Part shown: piece by piece, positions 44,155-52,797 of the stretch
Position numbering within the stretch: position 1 is the stretch's first letter
Layout of the letters: each line of letters opens with the position of its first letter
NCBI GenBank assembly: GCA_963742585.1
Contig: CAVUMI010000005.1
Span: forward strand, 52,908 to 116,907
Reading direction: 5' to 3'
DNA: 64,000 nucleotides
DNA from: an uncultured Actinomycetes bacterium
Lineage (GTDB): Bacteria; Actinomycetota; Acidimicrobiia; Acidimicrobiales; JACDEA01
Made by a program: the position numbers and the translations under genes
The notes under the pieces: model-generated
The model's input: the letters and a program-made list of their open reading frames with translations, nothing else
Told to the model about the DNA's origin: nothing
The model's database searches: none

Positions 44155-44355
44155 TTAATCAGTCGAACAGCAGCGCACGCGTCCGCCGTGGCTGCGCACA
44201 ATCGGCCCCGACGTCCGGTGGTGGCCCAGCAGCGGCCGGCTCGCCGCGTCGTCACCCGCGGCCTCCGTGTAAGGAGTGAAGCCCTCGAGGTCGGTGAACA
44301 CGACAGTGAGCTCCGACACGGTGCGGGTGGGCACCTCAACGGCGGTGAGTGTCAA
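44155..44355 (-). pseudogene. Class III adenylate/guanylate cyclase domain, N-terminal fragment
   Basis: LTVVFTDLEGFTPYTEAAGDDAASRPLLGHHRTSGPIVRSHGGRV is the start of a CYC domain. It stops prematurely where VKxxGD is expected. Confidence 0.5.
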
Positions 44356-44365
44356 CGCCGCCCGT

Positions 44366-44752
44366 TCACGACGCGGCGGCCGGTTGGAACAGCTCGATCA
44401 GGTTCCCCGACGGGTCAACGGCGAGAACCTGTGCGCCGCCGGGACCGGTCACGACTTCGTTGCGGAACCGAACTCCCTCGTCGGTGAGGCGGGCGATCTC
44501 GCGGTCGAGGTCATCGACGATGAGATGGATGCGGTTCCAACCGCCGGGGCCGGGTCGTTCCCCGTCGGTCATCGCCTGGCCGGCCGAGCTGCGCGGACCT
44601 GACAGCAGCAGCCGCAGGTTGCCTCGAGTCGCGTCCGCAAACGCCGGACTCGAGATTCCGACGGTGAAGCCGAAGTGGCGGGTGTAGAAGTCGACGGACG
44701 CGGCGACGTCGTCGACCAGGTAGCGAACATTCACTGTCTCGGTGTCAACCAT
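44366..44752 (-). CDS. VOC/glyoxalase-family protein
   Basis: VRYLVDDVAASVDFYTRHFGF...NRIHLIVDDLD...VDPSGNLIELFQ. Confidence 0.75.
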   Translation of the reverse strand: MVDTETVNVRYLVDDVAASVDFYTRHFGFTVGISSPAFADATRGNLRLLLSGPRSSAGQAMTDGERPGPGGWNRIHLIVDDLDREIARLTDEGVRFRNEVVTGPGGAQVLAVDPSGNLIELFQPAAAS

Positions 44753-45518
44753 GGTGAGTCCTTTCCACTGGTCGGGTTCGGAGGTCAGCGAGCAGCAGCG
44801 CCACGCGGTCCTCGATCTCGTCCGCGGTCTGTTGGAAGGCGGCGTGCCTGGTGTAGAGGGTGCCGTCTGCGGCGGCGGGGTCGGCCATGCTCCAGTGGGC
44901 GGCGACCGGCGCTCCCGAGAATGTTGGGCAGACCTCGCGCACCTTGTCGCACAGCGTGATGACGCGGTCGAATCGGTTGCGAGTGAAGCGGGTCAGCGAC
45001 TTCGTCGGGCGCCCGGAGATGTCGATGCCGCGCTCTGCCATTACTCGTACCGCATTCGGATGCAGCGGCTTCGGATGGCTGCCCGCGCTGCGGGCCTCGA
45101 TGGTGCCTGCCGAACGGTGCTCGACGAGGGCTTCGGCGATCTGGGAGCGGGCGCTGTTTCCGGTGCACAGGAACAGCAGTCGCGGTCGCCCGCGACGTGG
45201 CTCGACGTCGTCTCGTGGGGCGGGCATGAGCGAGAGCCCCGGATGGAGCGAGAGGCCTGCCGCTCCGAGGAGGTCCTGACAACGGAACAGATCGGCCCGG
45301 TAGTAGACGTCGCGGCCGTCGGCCGAGCTGCGGCGGGCGCTGACAATGCCGGCGCGTCGGAGCTCGGCCAGGTGGTACGAGACCAGGTTCTGCGGCTTAC
45401 CTGTCAGCAGCACCAGCTCGCCGACCCGGCGATCGCTTCGACCGAGCTCGACGACCAGCTGCCACCGCAACGGATCGCTGAGCAGCCCCAGGATCTCCGG
45501 CGGCTGTAGAGCTTCCAT
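44745..45518 (-). CDS. ArsR/SmtB HTH regulator fused to an LMW-PTP-type arsenate reductase domain
   Basis: The N-terminus is LSDPLRWQLVVELGRSDRRVGELVLLTGKPQNLVSYHLAELRRAGIV. The C-terminus is LLFLCTGNSARSQIAEAL (CX5R P-loop) followed by RVITLCD. Confidence 0.8.
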   Translation of the reverse strand: MEALQPPEILGLLSDPLRWQLVVELGRSDRRVGELVLLTGKPQNLVSYHLAELRRAGIVSARRSSADGRDVYYRADLFRCQDLLGAAGLSLHPGLSLMPAPRDDVEPRRGRPRLLFLCTGNSARSQIAEALVEHRSAGTIEARSAGSHPKPLHPNAVRVMAERGIDISGRPTKSLTRFTRNRFDRVITLCDKVREVCPTFSGAPVAAHWSMADPAAADGTLYTRHAAFQQTADEIEDRVALLLADLRTRPVERTHHG

Positions 45519-45519
45519 G

Positions 45520-45570
45520 GATTCACATTACATCAGAATAGATTGATGCATTGTAAATTGATGTAATCCG
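45520..45570. promoter_or_regulatory. AT-rich imperfect inverted repeat directly upstream of the ArsR-ArsC gene (operator candidate)
   Basis: GGATT..ATTACATCA (45528..45536) - N23 - TGATGTAAT (45560..45568)..AATCC. The spacer contains an internal direct repeat, ATTGATG x2. Confidence 0.45.
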
Positions 45571-45619
45571 GGAGGTGAAGCCGCCCGCGCAATTCGCAAG
45601 AGAAATGGTCGATTTGCTC

Positions 45620-45649
45620 TTGACCGGGTCGAACATATGTTCGTATAGT
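45620..45649 (+). promoter_or_regulatory. SigA-type promoter (TTGACC-N18-TATAGT) with a perfect LexA/Cheo SOS box in the spacer
   Basis: TTGACC is at 45620..45625 and TATAGT at 45644..45649. CGAACATATGTTCG at 45630..45643 is a perfect 14-bp palindrome. The promoter lies about 65 bp upstream of the DUF222-HNH start. Confidence 0.6.
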
Positions 45650-45714
45650 GGGGGAAGCAGATATCGGGTGACTACTTCCCCCTATGACAGTCCCCTCCGA
45701 GTCCGGAGGATGGC

Positions 45715-46847
45715 GTGCTGGCAACGCTGCAGAGCATCACCAAGGAGTTGGACGAGCTTCTGAGCGAGCTCGATCCTTCGGCCCTGCACGCCAGTGACGC
45801 CGTGAAACTGTTGGAGGAGTCAACCGCGATCGAAAAGCGGGCGGTGGCCATCAGGACACTCGTGGCCGACCGCGCCGCCGACAGCAGCGACTGGACCCGC
45901 AACGGTCATCGCTCGCCGGAGGAATGGCTGGCGGCCAAGACCGGCACCAGCTTCGGCCAGGCCCGATCGACGCTGGAGACCTCGGCCAAGCTCGAGGAGC
46001 TGCCCAAGACGTCAGACGAGTTGCGTCGCGGTCGCCTTTCGGCAACCCAACTCAACGAGATCGGCCCAGCGGCCACGCCGGAAAACGAGGAGCGGCTGCT
46101 GGGCGCAGCCAAGAAGGAGAGCTTCAAGGGGCTCAAGGGCACCTGTGCCAAGGAGAAGGCCAAGGCCCGCTCGGTCGATGACGAGGCCGCCCGCCACGCG
46201 CGTATCCACAAGGAGCGCCACCACCGGAGCTGGACCGATGCAGAAGGTGGCTACTGCTACTCGGGCCGCAACACCGCGATGGCCGGCGCCCGGTTCGACG
46301 CGGCGCTCGCCGCGGAGACCGAGAAGGTCTTCAAGGCCGCCCATGCCGAGGGCCGCCGTGAGAGCTCCGAGGCCTATAGAGCCGATGCGCTGCTGAACCT
46401 CATCACCTCAGGCGGGGCCAACGTCGATTCCACCGTGGTCATCCGGGTCGATGACTCAGCGCTGCGCGACGGCGAGGGCACAGCTGAGACGCCCACCGGG
46501 CCGATCCCGGTACGGGAGGCCATCGGGGCCATCCTGGCCGGGGCCTTCGTCAAGGTGCTGGCCACAAACGGCGTCGATGTCTCAAGGTGGCCCATCCGGG
46601 TCGTCACCGGCCGGCGACGCTCGATACCGCCATCTTCGAGCGTGACGGCTATCGCTGTGTGCGTCCGGGGTGCTCATCGGCCCATCGCCTGCAGGTGCAC
46701 CACTACCGCATCGACTACGGCAAGAAGGGGCCAACCGCCTACTGGAACCTGGCCACGCTGTGTTCCTTCGACCACGACCTCATCACCTACGGCGGTCACC
46801 GCCTCGAGGGTGGGCCCGGTGCGTGGGCGTGGCGCGGTCCGCCGTAG
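45715..46847 (+). pseudogene. DUF222/HNH endonuclease (13E12-repeat-like), full length but frameshifted near 46585
   Basis: The DUF222 N-terminus (LDELLSELDPSALHASDAVKLLEE...) runs in the 45715 frame. The HNH module (ATLDTAIFERDGYRCVRPGCSSAHRLQVHHYRIDYGKKGPTAYWNLATLCSFDHDLI) continues in the 46587 frame. Confidence 0.7.
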
Positions 46848-46906
46848 TCAGGGCGCCGGAACCCCCCCGCTGGTCACGCCAACTGGGCGCGGCGCCATAC
46901 TCGGGG

Positions 46907-49165
46907 ATGGAACGCGGAGAGTTTGCCGGGACGATCGGCCGGTACCACTGGCAGTCTGAGCCGTGGTGGCCGGAGGAGCCGCGTCCGCCCGATGGCGCGC
47001 CCAACGTGTTGCTCGTCGTCCTCGACGACGTCGGCTTCGCCCAGCTCGGTTGTTACGGCTCCGACATCGATACGCCGAACCTCGACACGCTCGCGGCCGG
47101 CGGTCTCCGGTACACCAACTTCCACACGACGGCGCTTTGTTCGCCGACCCGTGCGTGCGTCCTGACCGGCCGCAACCATCACGCGGTCGGGATGGGCCGC
47201 ATCGTCGACCTCGCCATGGGATTTCCCGGCTACGACGCGCGCATCCCGCGCACCACACCGTTGTTACCGGCCTTGCTGACACCACACGGGTACGCGGCCT
47301 ACGCGGTTGGAAAGTGGCACCTCACGCCCGAGGCCGAGGAACACATGGGCGCACGCCGCGACCGCTGGCCGCTGGGCCGCGGCTTTGAGCGGTTCTACGG
47401 ATTCTTCCCGGGCGAGACCCACCAGTTCGTCCCCGCGCTCATTCATGACAACCACCGTGTCGACCCGCCGGGCAGCTACGAGGACGGCTACCACCTCACC
47501 GCCGATCTCGTCGACCACGCCATCGAGTACGTCGAGGATCTCCGCAACGTCGACCTCGACAAGCCGTGGCTCCTCTACCTCGCAACCGGCGCCTGCCACT
47601 CGCCGCACCAGTCACCCGCGGGCTGGGTCGACCGCTACCGCGGCCGCTTTGACGACGGATGGGACGCATGCCGCGAGCGCGTCATCGGTCGGCAGAAAGC
47701 CAACGGCACCGTCCCGCCACATACCGAGCTTTCGCCCCGTCCTGACTGGGTGCCGGCGTGGGATTCGCTCTCCGACACCGAGCGACGCGTGTATGCCCGA
47801 TACATGGAGGCGTTCGCCGCGTACCTCTCCCACACCGACCACGAGGTCGGCCGGCTGCTGACGCGACTGCGCGAGCTGGATGAGCTCGACAACACACTGG
47901 TAATCGTGCTCTCCGACAACGGCGCGTCCTCCGAAGGCGGACCCGTGGGGTCGCTCAACGACGCGCGCGCATGGAACGTCCTGCCCCGCACGGTCGAGGA
48001 AGCGGCGGAGCGAATTGACGAGATCGGTGGCCCGCGCATCCACAACAACTATCCGTGGGGTTGGACCGTCGCCGGCAACACGCCGTTCCGTCGCTGGAAG
48101 CGCGAAACACACGAGGGTGGCGTGGCCGACCCGTTGATCCTCCACTGGCCGCGGCGCGTCGCGGCGGCGGCAGGGACCCGCCAGCAGTACGTGCACGCGA
48201 TCGACATCGTCCCGACCGTCCTCGAACTCATCGGCGTCGCCGCCCCCACCGATCTCGACGGCCTGAGCTTCGCCTACACGTTCGACGACGCGGGCGCCGC
48301 CGAGCGGCACACCACGCAGTACTACGAGATGTTCGGCTGCCGCGCGCTCTATGACAGCGGGTGGAAGGCTGTCACCTACCACGAGATCCAGAGTGAGGAA
48401 CCGGGCCTCGAGGACGCGCCGTGGGAGCTGTACGACCTCCGGGCCGATCCTTCGGAGTGCCACAACCTCGCGGCGGCAGAGCCGGAACGACTGGCCAGGA
48501 TGATCGACCGGTGGTGGGTCGAAGCCGAAGCCAACGGCGTGCTACCGATCGACAACCGGCCCTTCTCCGAGATGGTCTTTGGTCGACCGACCGGCGTCCG
48601 TCACCGCGACCGCTACACCTACTGGCCCAATCGCGCGCCGGTGCCCGAGGCGGTCGCGGTCAATGTGCGGGGACGGCCGCACACCGTCACCGCGCACATC
48701 ACCGTTGTGCCTGACGCCGCCACGCCGATGGCTGGCGCCCTCGCGGTTCAAGGCTCAGTGCTGGGCGGCTGGTCGTTCCACCTGCTGGGTGACGGCCGGC
48801 TGGTCTACGTGCACAACCTCTCGGGCTGGCGTTCGTACCGGGTCGAGGCGCCCGTTTCCGCCGACGGACGACTGGCGCCGGGAGATCACACGCTGTCGAT
48901 GCGCTTCACCGGTCCCGCGGTTGACCTGTTGGTCGACAACGCCGTGATCGGCCAAGGGACCGTCGACCGGACGGTCTGGAGCAAGTTCTCGATCACTGGC
49001 GCGGGCCTCACCGCCGGCTGGGCGGCCGACTTCTCGCCCGCGGACGAGGACTACCGCGGGCGTTTCGAGTTCACCGGCGTACTTCATCGTGTCGAGATCG
49101 ACGTGGCCGGCGACCCGATCATCGATCCGGCGTCTGAAGCCGCCGACGCCATCGCTTCGCAGTAG
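46907..49165 (+). CDS. Arylsulfatase (type I, formylglycine-dependent)
   Basis: Contains PNVLLVVLDDVGF, the sulfatase signature LCSPTRACVLTGRNHH, and GKWHL. 752 aa. Confidence 0.85.
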   Translation: MERGEFAGTIGRYHWQSEPWWPEEPRPPDGAPNVLLVVLDDVGFAQLGCYGSDIDTPNLDTLAAGGLRYTNFHTTALCSPTRACVLTGRNHHAVGMGRIVDLAMGFPGYDARIPRTTPLLPALLTPHGYAAYAVGKWHLTPEAEEHMGARRDRWPLGRGFERFYGFFPGETHQFVPALIHDNHRVDPPGSYEDGYHLTADLVDHAIEYVEDLRNVDLDKPWLLYLATGACHSPHQSPAGWVDRYRGRFDDGWDACRERVIGRQKANGTVPPHTELSPRPDWVPAWDSLSDTERRVYARYMEAFAAYLSHTDHEVGRLLTRLRELDELDNTLVIVLSDNGASSEGGPVGSLNDARAWNVLPRTVEEAAERIDEIGGPRIHNNYPWGWTVAGNTPFRRWKRETHEGGVADPLILHWPRRVAAAAGTRQQYVHAIDIVPTVLELIGVAAPTDLDGLSFAYTFDDAGAAERHTTQYYEMFGCRALYDSGWKAVTYHEIQSEEPGLEDAPWELYDLRADPSECHNLAAAEPERLARMIDRWWVEAEANGVLPIDNRPFSEMVFGRPTGVRHRDRYTYWPNRAPVPEAVAVNVRGRPHTVTAHITVVPDAATPMAGALAVQGSVLGGWSFHLLGDGRLVYVHNLSGWRSYRVEAPVSADGRLAPGDHTLSMRFTGPAVDLLVDNAVIGQGTVDRTVWSKFSITGAGLTAGWAADFSPADEDYRGRFEFTGVLHRVEIDVAGDPIIDPASEAADAIASQ

Positions 49166-49170
49166 TCGTC

Positions 49171-50163
49171 TCAAGCGCGCGCGAAGCGGGGGCCGATCAT
49201 CCGCAGGACGGCGCCGGCCGGCAGCCAGGCCAGCGCGCCAAGGATGCCCAGGGGTGGCGCCACGAGGCGGTCGCCGCCGCAGACGATCAGCACGATGCCC
49301 GCAACCGCGTTCAAGGCGCCGTGGAGGGCGGCTGGGGCGATCGGTGACCCTGACTGTCGTCGTAGCTCGTGCATCGGCCACGACATGGCGACGCTGAACA
49401 GCACCATCCAGAGGACGCCCACCAGGCGATCGTCCGGGTAGTTGTGGCCAACAAGCAGGATGACCGGCGCGTGCCACAGCCCCCAAAGGACGCCGACGAT
49501 CCCGATGGTGCCCACAGGACCGCGCCCGTCGAGGCGCTCCCACAGGAAGCCGCGCCACCCGTACTCCTCGCCGAACGCCAGCACGCCATTGAGCGTGAAT
49601 CCGGCGATGATCCCGCCCATCAGACCGAGGAGGACGACGACGAAGAACGACGGCAGCTGGACCTCCGCCGCGGTCTTCGGGTCGAGCAGTATCGCCAGGT
49701 TGGCCCGCATCCCGGTCGCGGTCGTTGTGACGCCACCTGCCGAATCAACGCCCACCACATCACCGACGAGCCACGCCGACGCGAGGGCCGACGCGAACCA
49801 TGTGAGGATCGCGACCATCGGCGGGAGGATTGACAATTCCGGCCTCGTGGCCGCTCGGCGAAACGCGCCGCTGACGGCACGACGCGGCGCCTCACGGTTA
49901 ACGATCACCGCGGCAGCGAAGGGCATGGGCATGGCCAGCGCGATCACGAACGTGCTCGTCAGCGGCGACAGCGAGTCGGTGAAGAGCCGCACCACCACCG
50001 CAGCCGCGCTGATGCCGAGCAGCGCGAGACCGAAGAAAGCAGCGATCCCGCGGCCGTCGGTTTTTCGGCCCTCTGGAGCCACGGGCGGAACGTACTGCGC
50101 TTTCGGATCGGAGCGCCTCGGGATCATGGCCGTCGACAGTTCACGGGTCGCGATCCGTGTCAT
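49171..50163 (-). CDS. CPBP-family intramembrane glutamic endopeptidase (CAAX protease-like); start 50163 or 50127
   Basis: Polytopic. Contains EEYGWRG, LWGLWH and HGALN motifs. Confidence 0.75.
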   Translation of the reverse strand: MTRIATRELSTAMIPRRSDPKAQYVPPVAPEGRKTDGRGIAAFFGLALLGISAAAVVVRLFTDSLSPLTSTFVIALAMPMPFAAAVIVNREAPRRAVSGAFRRAATRPELSILPPMVAILTWFASALASAWLVGDVVGVDSAGGVTTTATGMRANLAILLDPKTAAEVQLPSFFVVVLLGLMGGIIAGFTLNGVLAFGEEYGWRGFLWERLDGRGPVGTIGIVGVLWGLWHAPVILLVGHNYPDDRLVGVLWMVLFSVAMSWPMHELRRQSGSPIAPAALHGALNAVAGIVLIVCGGDRLVAPPLGILGALAWLPAGAVLRMIGPRFARA

Positions 50164-50172
50164 AATACAAGT

Positions 50173-50982
50173 ATGAGACAAGTAAGCCGCGACGGCTGGG
50201 AGCCGCTGCAGTACGAGCGGTTCAAGGCCGAGCGCACGCAGCCGTTCCTCGATCTCCTCGCCATGGTCGTCCCCGCTATCGGCGGCCAGGTAGTCGACCT
50301 CGGGTGCGGCACCGGCGAGCTGACCGGTCACCTCCACGCGTACACCGAGGCGGCGTCGACGCTCGGGATCGATAATTCATCGGCGATGCTTGCTGAAGCG
50401 GCGGCGTTGGCCGGGGGTGGGCTCACGTTCGAGGAGGGCGACATCGCCGCGTTCGGCCCGGCGTCGCCGGAGCGATACGACGTTGTGTTCGCCAACGCCG
50501 CGTTGCAATGGGTGCCGGACCACGAGCGGGTGCTCGCCGCGTGGACGGGCGCGCTCCGGCCCGGTGGCCAGCTCGCCGTGCAAGTTCCGGCCAACGCCGA
50601 CCACCAGTCGCACCTTGTCGCCCGTGCCGTTGCCGACGAACCGCCCTTCCGCGACGCGCTGGGCGCCGCACCGCGCCCCGACCCGGTCGCGGCAAACGTC
50701 CTGAAGCCGGAGCAGTACGCCGAGTTGCTGGACCGGCTTGGCTTCGTCGACCAGCACGTCCGGCTCCAGGTCTACGGCCACCACCTCGCCTCCACCGCCG
50801 AGGTGGTGGAGTGGACCAAGGGGACGTCGCTCACCCGCTTCCGCCGCGTGCTGTCGCCCGAGCTGTTCGATGCCTTTGTCGACCGGTACCGGACGCGGCT
50901 GCTTGAGGTGCTTGGCGAGCGCGCTCCGTACTTCTACGCCTTCAAGCGCATCCTTATGTGGGCGCGACGCCGCAGCAGGTGA
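50173..50982 (+). CDS. tam: Trans-aconitate 2-methyltransferase-like SAM methyltransferase
   Basis: WEPLQYERFKAERTQPFLDLLAMV..VVDLGCGTGELT...ANAALQWVPDH is the Tam-family pattern. Confidence 0.75.
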   Translation: MRQVSRDGWEPLQYERFKAERTQPFLDLLAMVVPAIGGQVVDLGCGTGELTGHLHAYTEAASTLGIDNSSAMLAEAAALAGGGLTFEEGDIAAFGPASPERYDVVFANAALQWVPDHERVLAAWTGALRPGGQLAVQVPANADHQSHLVARAVADEPPFRDALGAAPRPDPVAANVLKPEQYAELLDRLGFVDQHVRLQVYGHHLASTAEVVEWTKGTSLTRFRRVLSPELFDAFVDRYRTRLLEVLGERAPYFYAFKRILMWARRRSR

Positions 50983-51011
50983 TCGCTAGCCCTTGAGCGA
51001 CGATCCGTTTC

Positions 51012-51308
51012 TCAGACGCGGTGTTGCTCCTCGATCACGTCGAGGTTCTGGAAGGCCAGGTTCGACACCAACTTGGCCTGTTTGGCGGCGAACTCTCCGG
51101 TCTCGGGGAGATTCGAGTTCTCCATCGCCTTCTCGTAGGACTCGAAGAGGACCGCGATCACATGGCGCTCGGGGTTCTCGCGGTCGCGGCCGACGTAGAA
51201 GTGCTGCACGGTGCTCTTATCCCCGATCGACGCCTCGTATTCCTCGCTGAGCTTCTGGATCTCGTCGTAGTTGGATGTGTCGAATGTCATGAGTTGTAGA
51301 AATGCCAT
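51012..51308 (-). CDS. Small hypothetical protein (possibly ABM/ferredoxin-like fold)
   Basis: A 98-aa ORF, MAFLQLMTFDTSNYDEIQKL... It reads as plausibly coding. No motif is recognised with certainty. Confidence 0.5.
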   Translation of the reverse strand: MAFLQLMTFDTSNYDEIQKLSEEYEASIGDKSTVQHFYVGRDRENPERHVIAVLFESYEKAMENSNLPETGEFAAKQAKLVSNLAFQNLDVIEEQHRV

Positions 51309-51373
51309 GACCCTCTGTCTAGACCGATACTGCTCGTGTTACACGGTGCCTCGCGATTCTGGGGGCCGCTACG

Positions 51374-52633
51374 GTGCTCGGTATGGGTACGCCAGTGGAG
51401 CCGCCGGAACTATTCGACCTGCGCATGAGCGCGGAGGCGCGGGAGCTGTTCGGCCGGGTCACGCAATTCCTCGAAGAGGTGGTCGCGCCGATGCAGGAGG
51501 AGTACTTCGCACTCGCGGAGACCCGCGACGAACGGTGGGGCTACGCCCCCGGCCAACTCGAACTGCTCGACGCCGCCAAAGAGAAGGCCAAAGGCGCGGG
51601 ACTCTGGAACTTCTTCCTGCCCGACTCCGAGGTAGGCGGTCTCTCGAACCTGGACTACGCGTACATCGCGGTTGAGCTGGGCAAGTACCCGCTCGGATCC
51701 GAATCCCTCAACTGCTCCGCCCCCGACACCGGCAACATGGAGGTGCTCGAACGGGTCGGCACCCCCGAGCAGAAGAAGCAGTGGCTCGAGCCCCTACTCG
51801 CCGGCGAGATCCGCTCGGCCTACGCGATGACCGAGCCCAACCTCGCCAGCTCCGATGCGAAGAACGTGTCGCTGTCCGCCGTCCGTGACGGTGACGAATA
51901 CGTGCTGAACGGCGAGAAGTACTACATCAGTGGAGCGGGTGATCCCCGCTGCAAGATCATGATCGTGATGTGCAAGACGAACCCTGAAGCGTCGGCGCAC
52001 AAGCAGCAGTCGCAGATCCTTGTACCGATGGACACGCCCGGTGTCGAAATTCTCGGGCCGATGCACGTGTTCGGTCACGACGATGCGCCGCACGGGCATA
52101 TGCACCTGCGGTTCACCGACGTCCGGGTACCGGAGACGAACATGCTGCTCGGCGAGGGGCGCGGCTTCGAGATCAGCCAGGTCCGGCTCGGCCCGGGCCG
52201 CATCCATCACTGCATGCGGGCGATCGGTCAGGGCGAGAAGGCACTCGAATTGATGATCCGGCGCTCCAAGTTCCGCGAGGCGTTCGGCAAGCCGATCCTC
52301 AGCCTCGGCAAGAACATGGAACTCGTGTCGCGCGCGCGTATCGAACTCGATGCGTGTCGACTCATGGTCCTCAAGGCGGCCAAGGCGATGGACGTGCTCG
52401 GCAACGCCGAGGCCCGTGTCTATGTCAGCGCGGTCAAGGCGATGGTGCCGGAGAAGGTCTGCCAGATCATCGACCAGGCCATCCAGATCCACGGCGCAAC
52501 CGGTGTGTCGCAGTGGACGCCGCTGGCCGCGATGTACACCAGTCAGCGCACACTCCGTCTCGCCGACGGACCCGACGAGGTGCACCACTTCGTCGTCGCC
52601 CGCCACGAGGCCGGCCAGTACAACGAGCCCTAA
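51374..52633 (+). CDS. Acyl-CoA dehydrogenase
   Basis: 419 aa. ...YAMTEPNLASSDA...KYYISGAGDPRCKI...IHGATGVSQWTPLA is the ACAD N, M and C domain pattern. Confidence 0.85.
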   Translation: MLGMGTPVEPPELFDLRMSAEARELFGRVTQFLEEVVAPMQEEYFALAETRDERWGYAPGQLELLDAAKEKAKGAGLWNFFLPDSEVGGLSNLDYAYIAVELGKYPLGSESLNCSAPDTGNMEVLERVGTPEQKKQWLEPLLAGEIRSAYAMTEPNLASSDAKNVSLSAVRDGDEYVLNGEKYYISGAGDPRCKIMIVMCKTNPEASAHKQQSQILVPMDTPGVEILGPMHVFGHDDAPHGHMHLRFTDVRVPETNMLLGEGRGFEISQVRLGPGRIHHCMRAIGQGEKALELMIRRSKFREAFGKPILSLGKNMELVSRARIELDACRLMVLKAAKAMDVLGNAEARVYVSAVKAMVPEKVCQIIDQAIQIHGATGVSQWTPLAAMYTSQRTLRLADGPDEVHHFVVARHEAGQYNEP

Positions 52634-52684
52634 CTGTCGGTGGATTTACGTACGGGAACCACCAATTCCACCGACACCTGTCAG

Positions 52685-52774
52685 ATGGGCGACGTCGTCG
52701 CCGAGACCGCGCAGCACGCCGGCCACGCCGACATCATCCGCGAGGCCATCGACGGCGCCAAGACCATGGGCTGA
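52685..52774 (+). pseudogene. DinB/DUF664 (mycothiol-dependent transferase-like), C-terminal remnant
   Basis: My own translation gives MGDVVAETAQHAGHADIIREAIDGAKTMG*. HAGHADIIRExIDG is the conserved C-terminal motif of DUF664/DinB proteins. Only 29 codons remain. Confidence 0.45.
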
Positions 52775-52797
52775 GCCATCTGGGTAGCGTGCCGGCA

